DNA of 64,000 nt from Eledone cirrhosa (lineage: Eukaryota), in assembly GCA_964016885.1 (NCBI GenBank), contig OZ024742.1, positions 176,638,001 to 176,702,000 on the forward strand. The letters are read 5' to 3'. A model generated the notes under the pieces. It had not been told where the DNA came from and searched no databases. It was given only the letters and a program-made list of their open reading frames with translations. Below, one piece after another: positions 63,929-64,000 of the stretch. The position numbers were made by a program, and so were the translations under genes. Every line of letters starts with the position of its first letter. The first letter of the stretch is position 1.

Positions 63929-64000
63929 AATAATAATATTTTTATAATTTGTTGATGTTGTTGTTACGTCCTGGCTTTAGCAACTACAAATCAAAGTAGG

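Overview
AT-rich, microsatellite-dense animal DNA with no recognisable host gene. The abundant Nin-domain tRNA-SINE suggests an octopod cephalopod (inference). Bases 1-19 kb hold a complete decayed hAT (Buster/Charlie-type) transposon with TIRs and an 8-bp TSD, CR1-like and Penelope-like fragments, SINEs, fold-back repeats and a hammerhead-ribozyme-like motif. From 21.6 to 64 kb the window is almost entirely non-LTR retrotransposons stacked in (TAA)n tracts with strong polarity: R4/Dong-type RT-RLE elements (3 families) on +, and Tx1-type ORF1/APE-RT elements (2 families) plus most SINEs on -. Three observations stand out. (1) A 1.1-kb GC-rich insert in a (TAA)n tract starts with the exact 28S rRNA R2 target sequence. 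(2) A perfect G|GTAAGT splice donor sits at the ORF1 stop of all three Tx1 copies that retain it, with candidate acceptors in the 3' UTR, which would place ORF2 inside an intron. (3) Two unrelated endonuclease types appear to target the same microsatellite on opposite strands. All calls are by eye; no database search was run and many boundaries are approximate.
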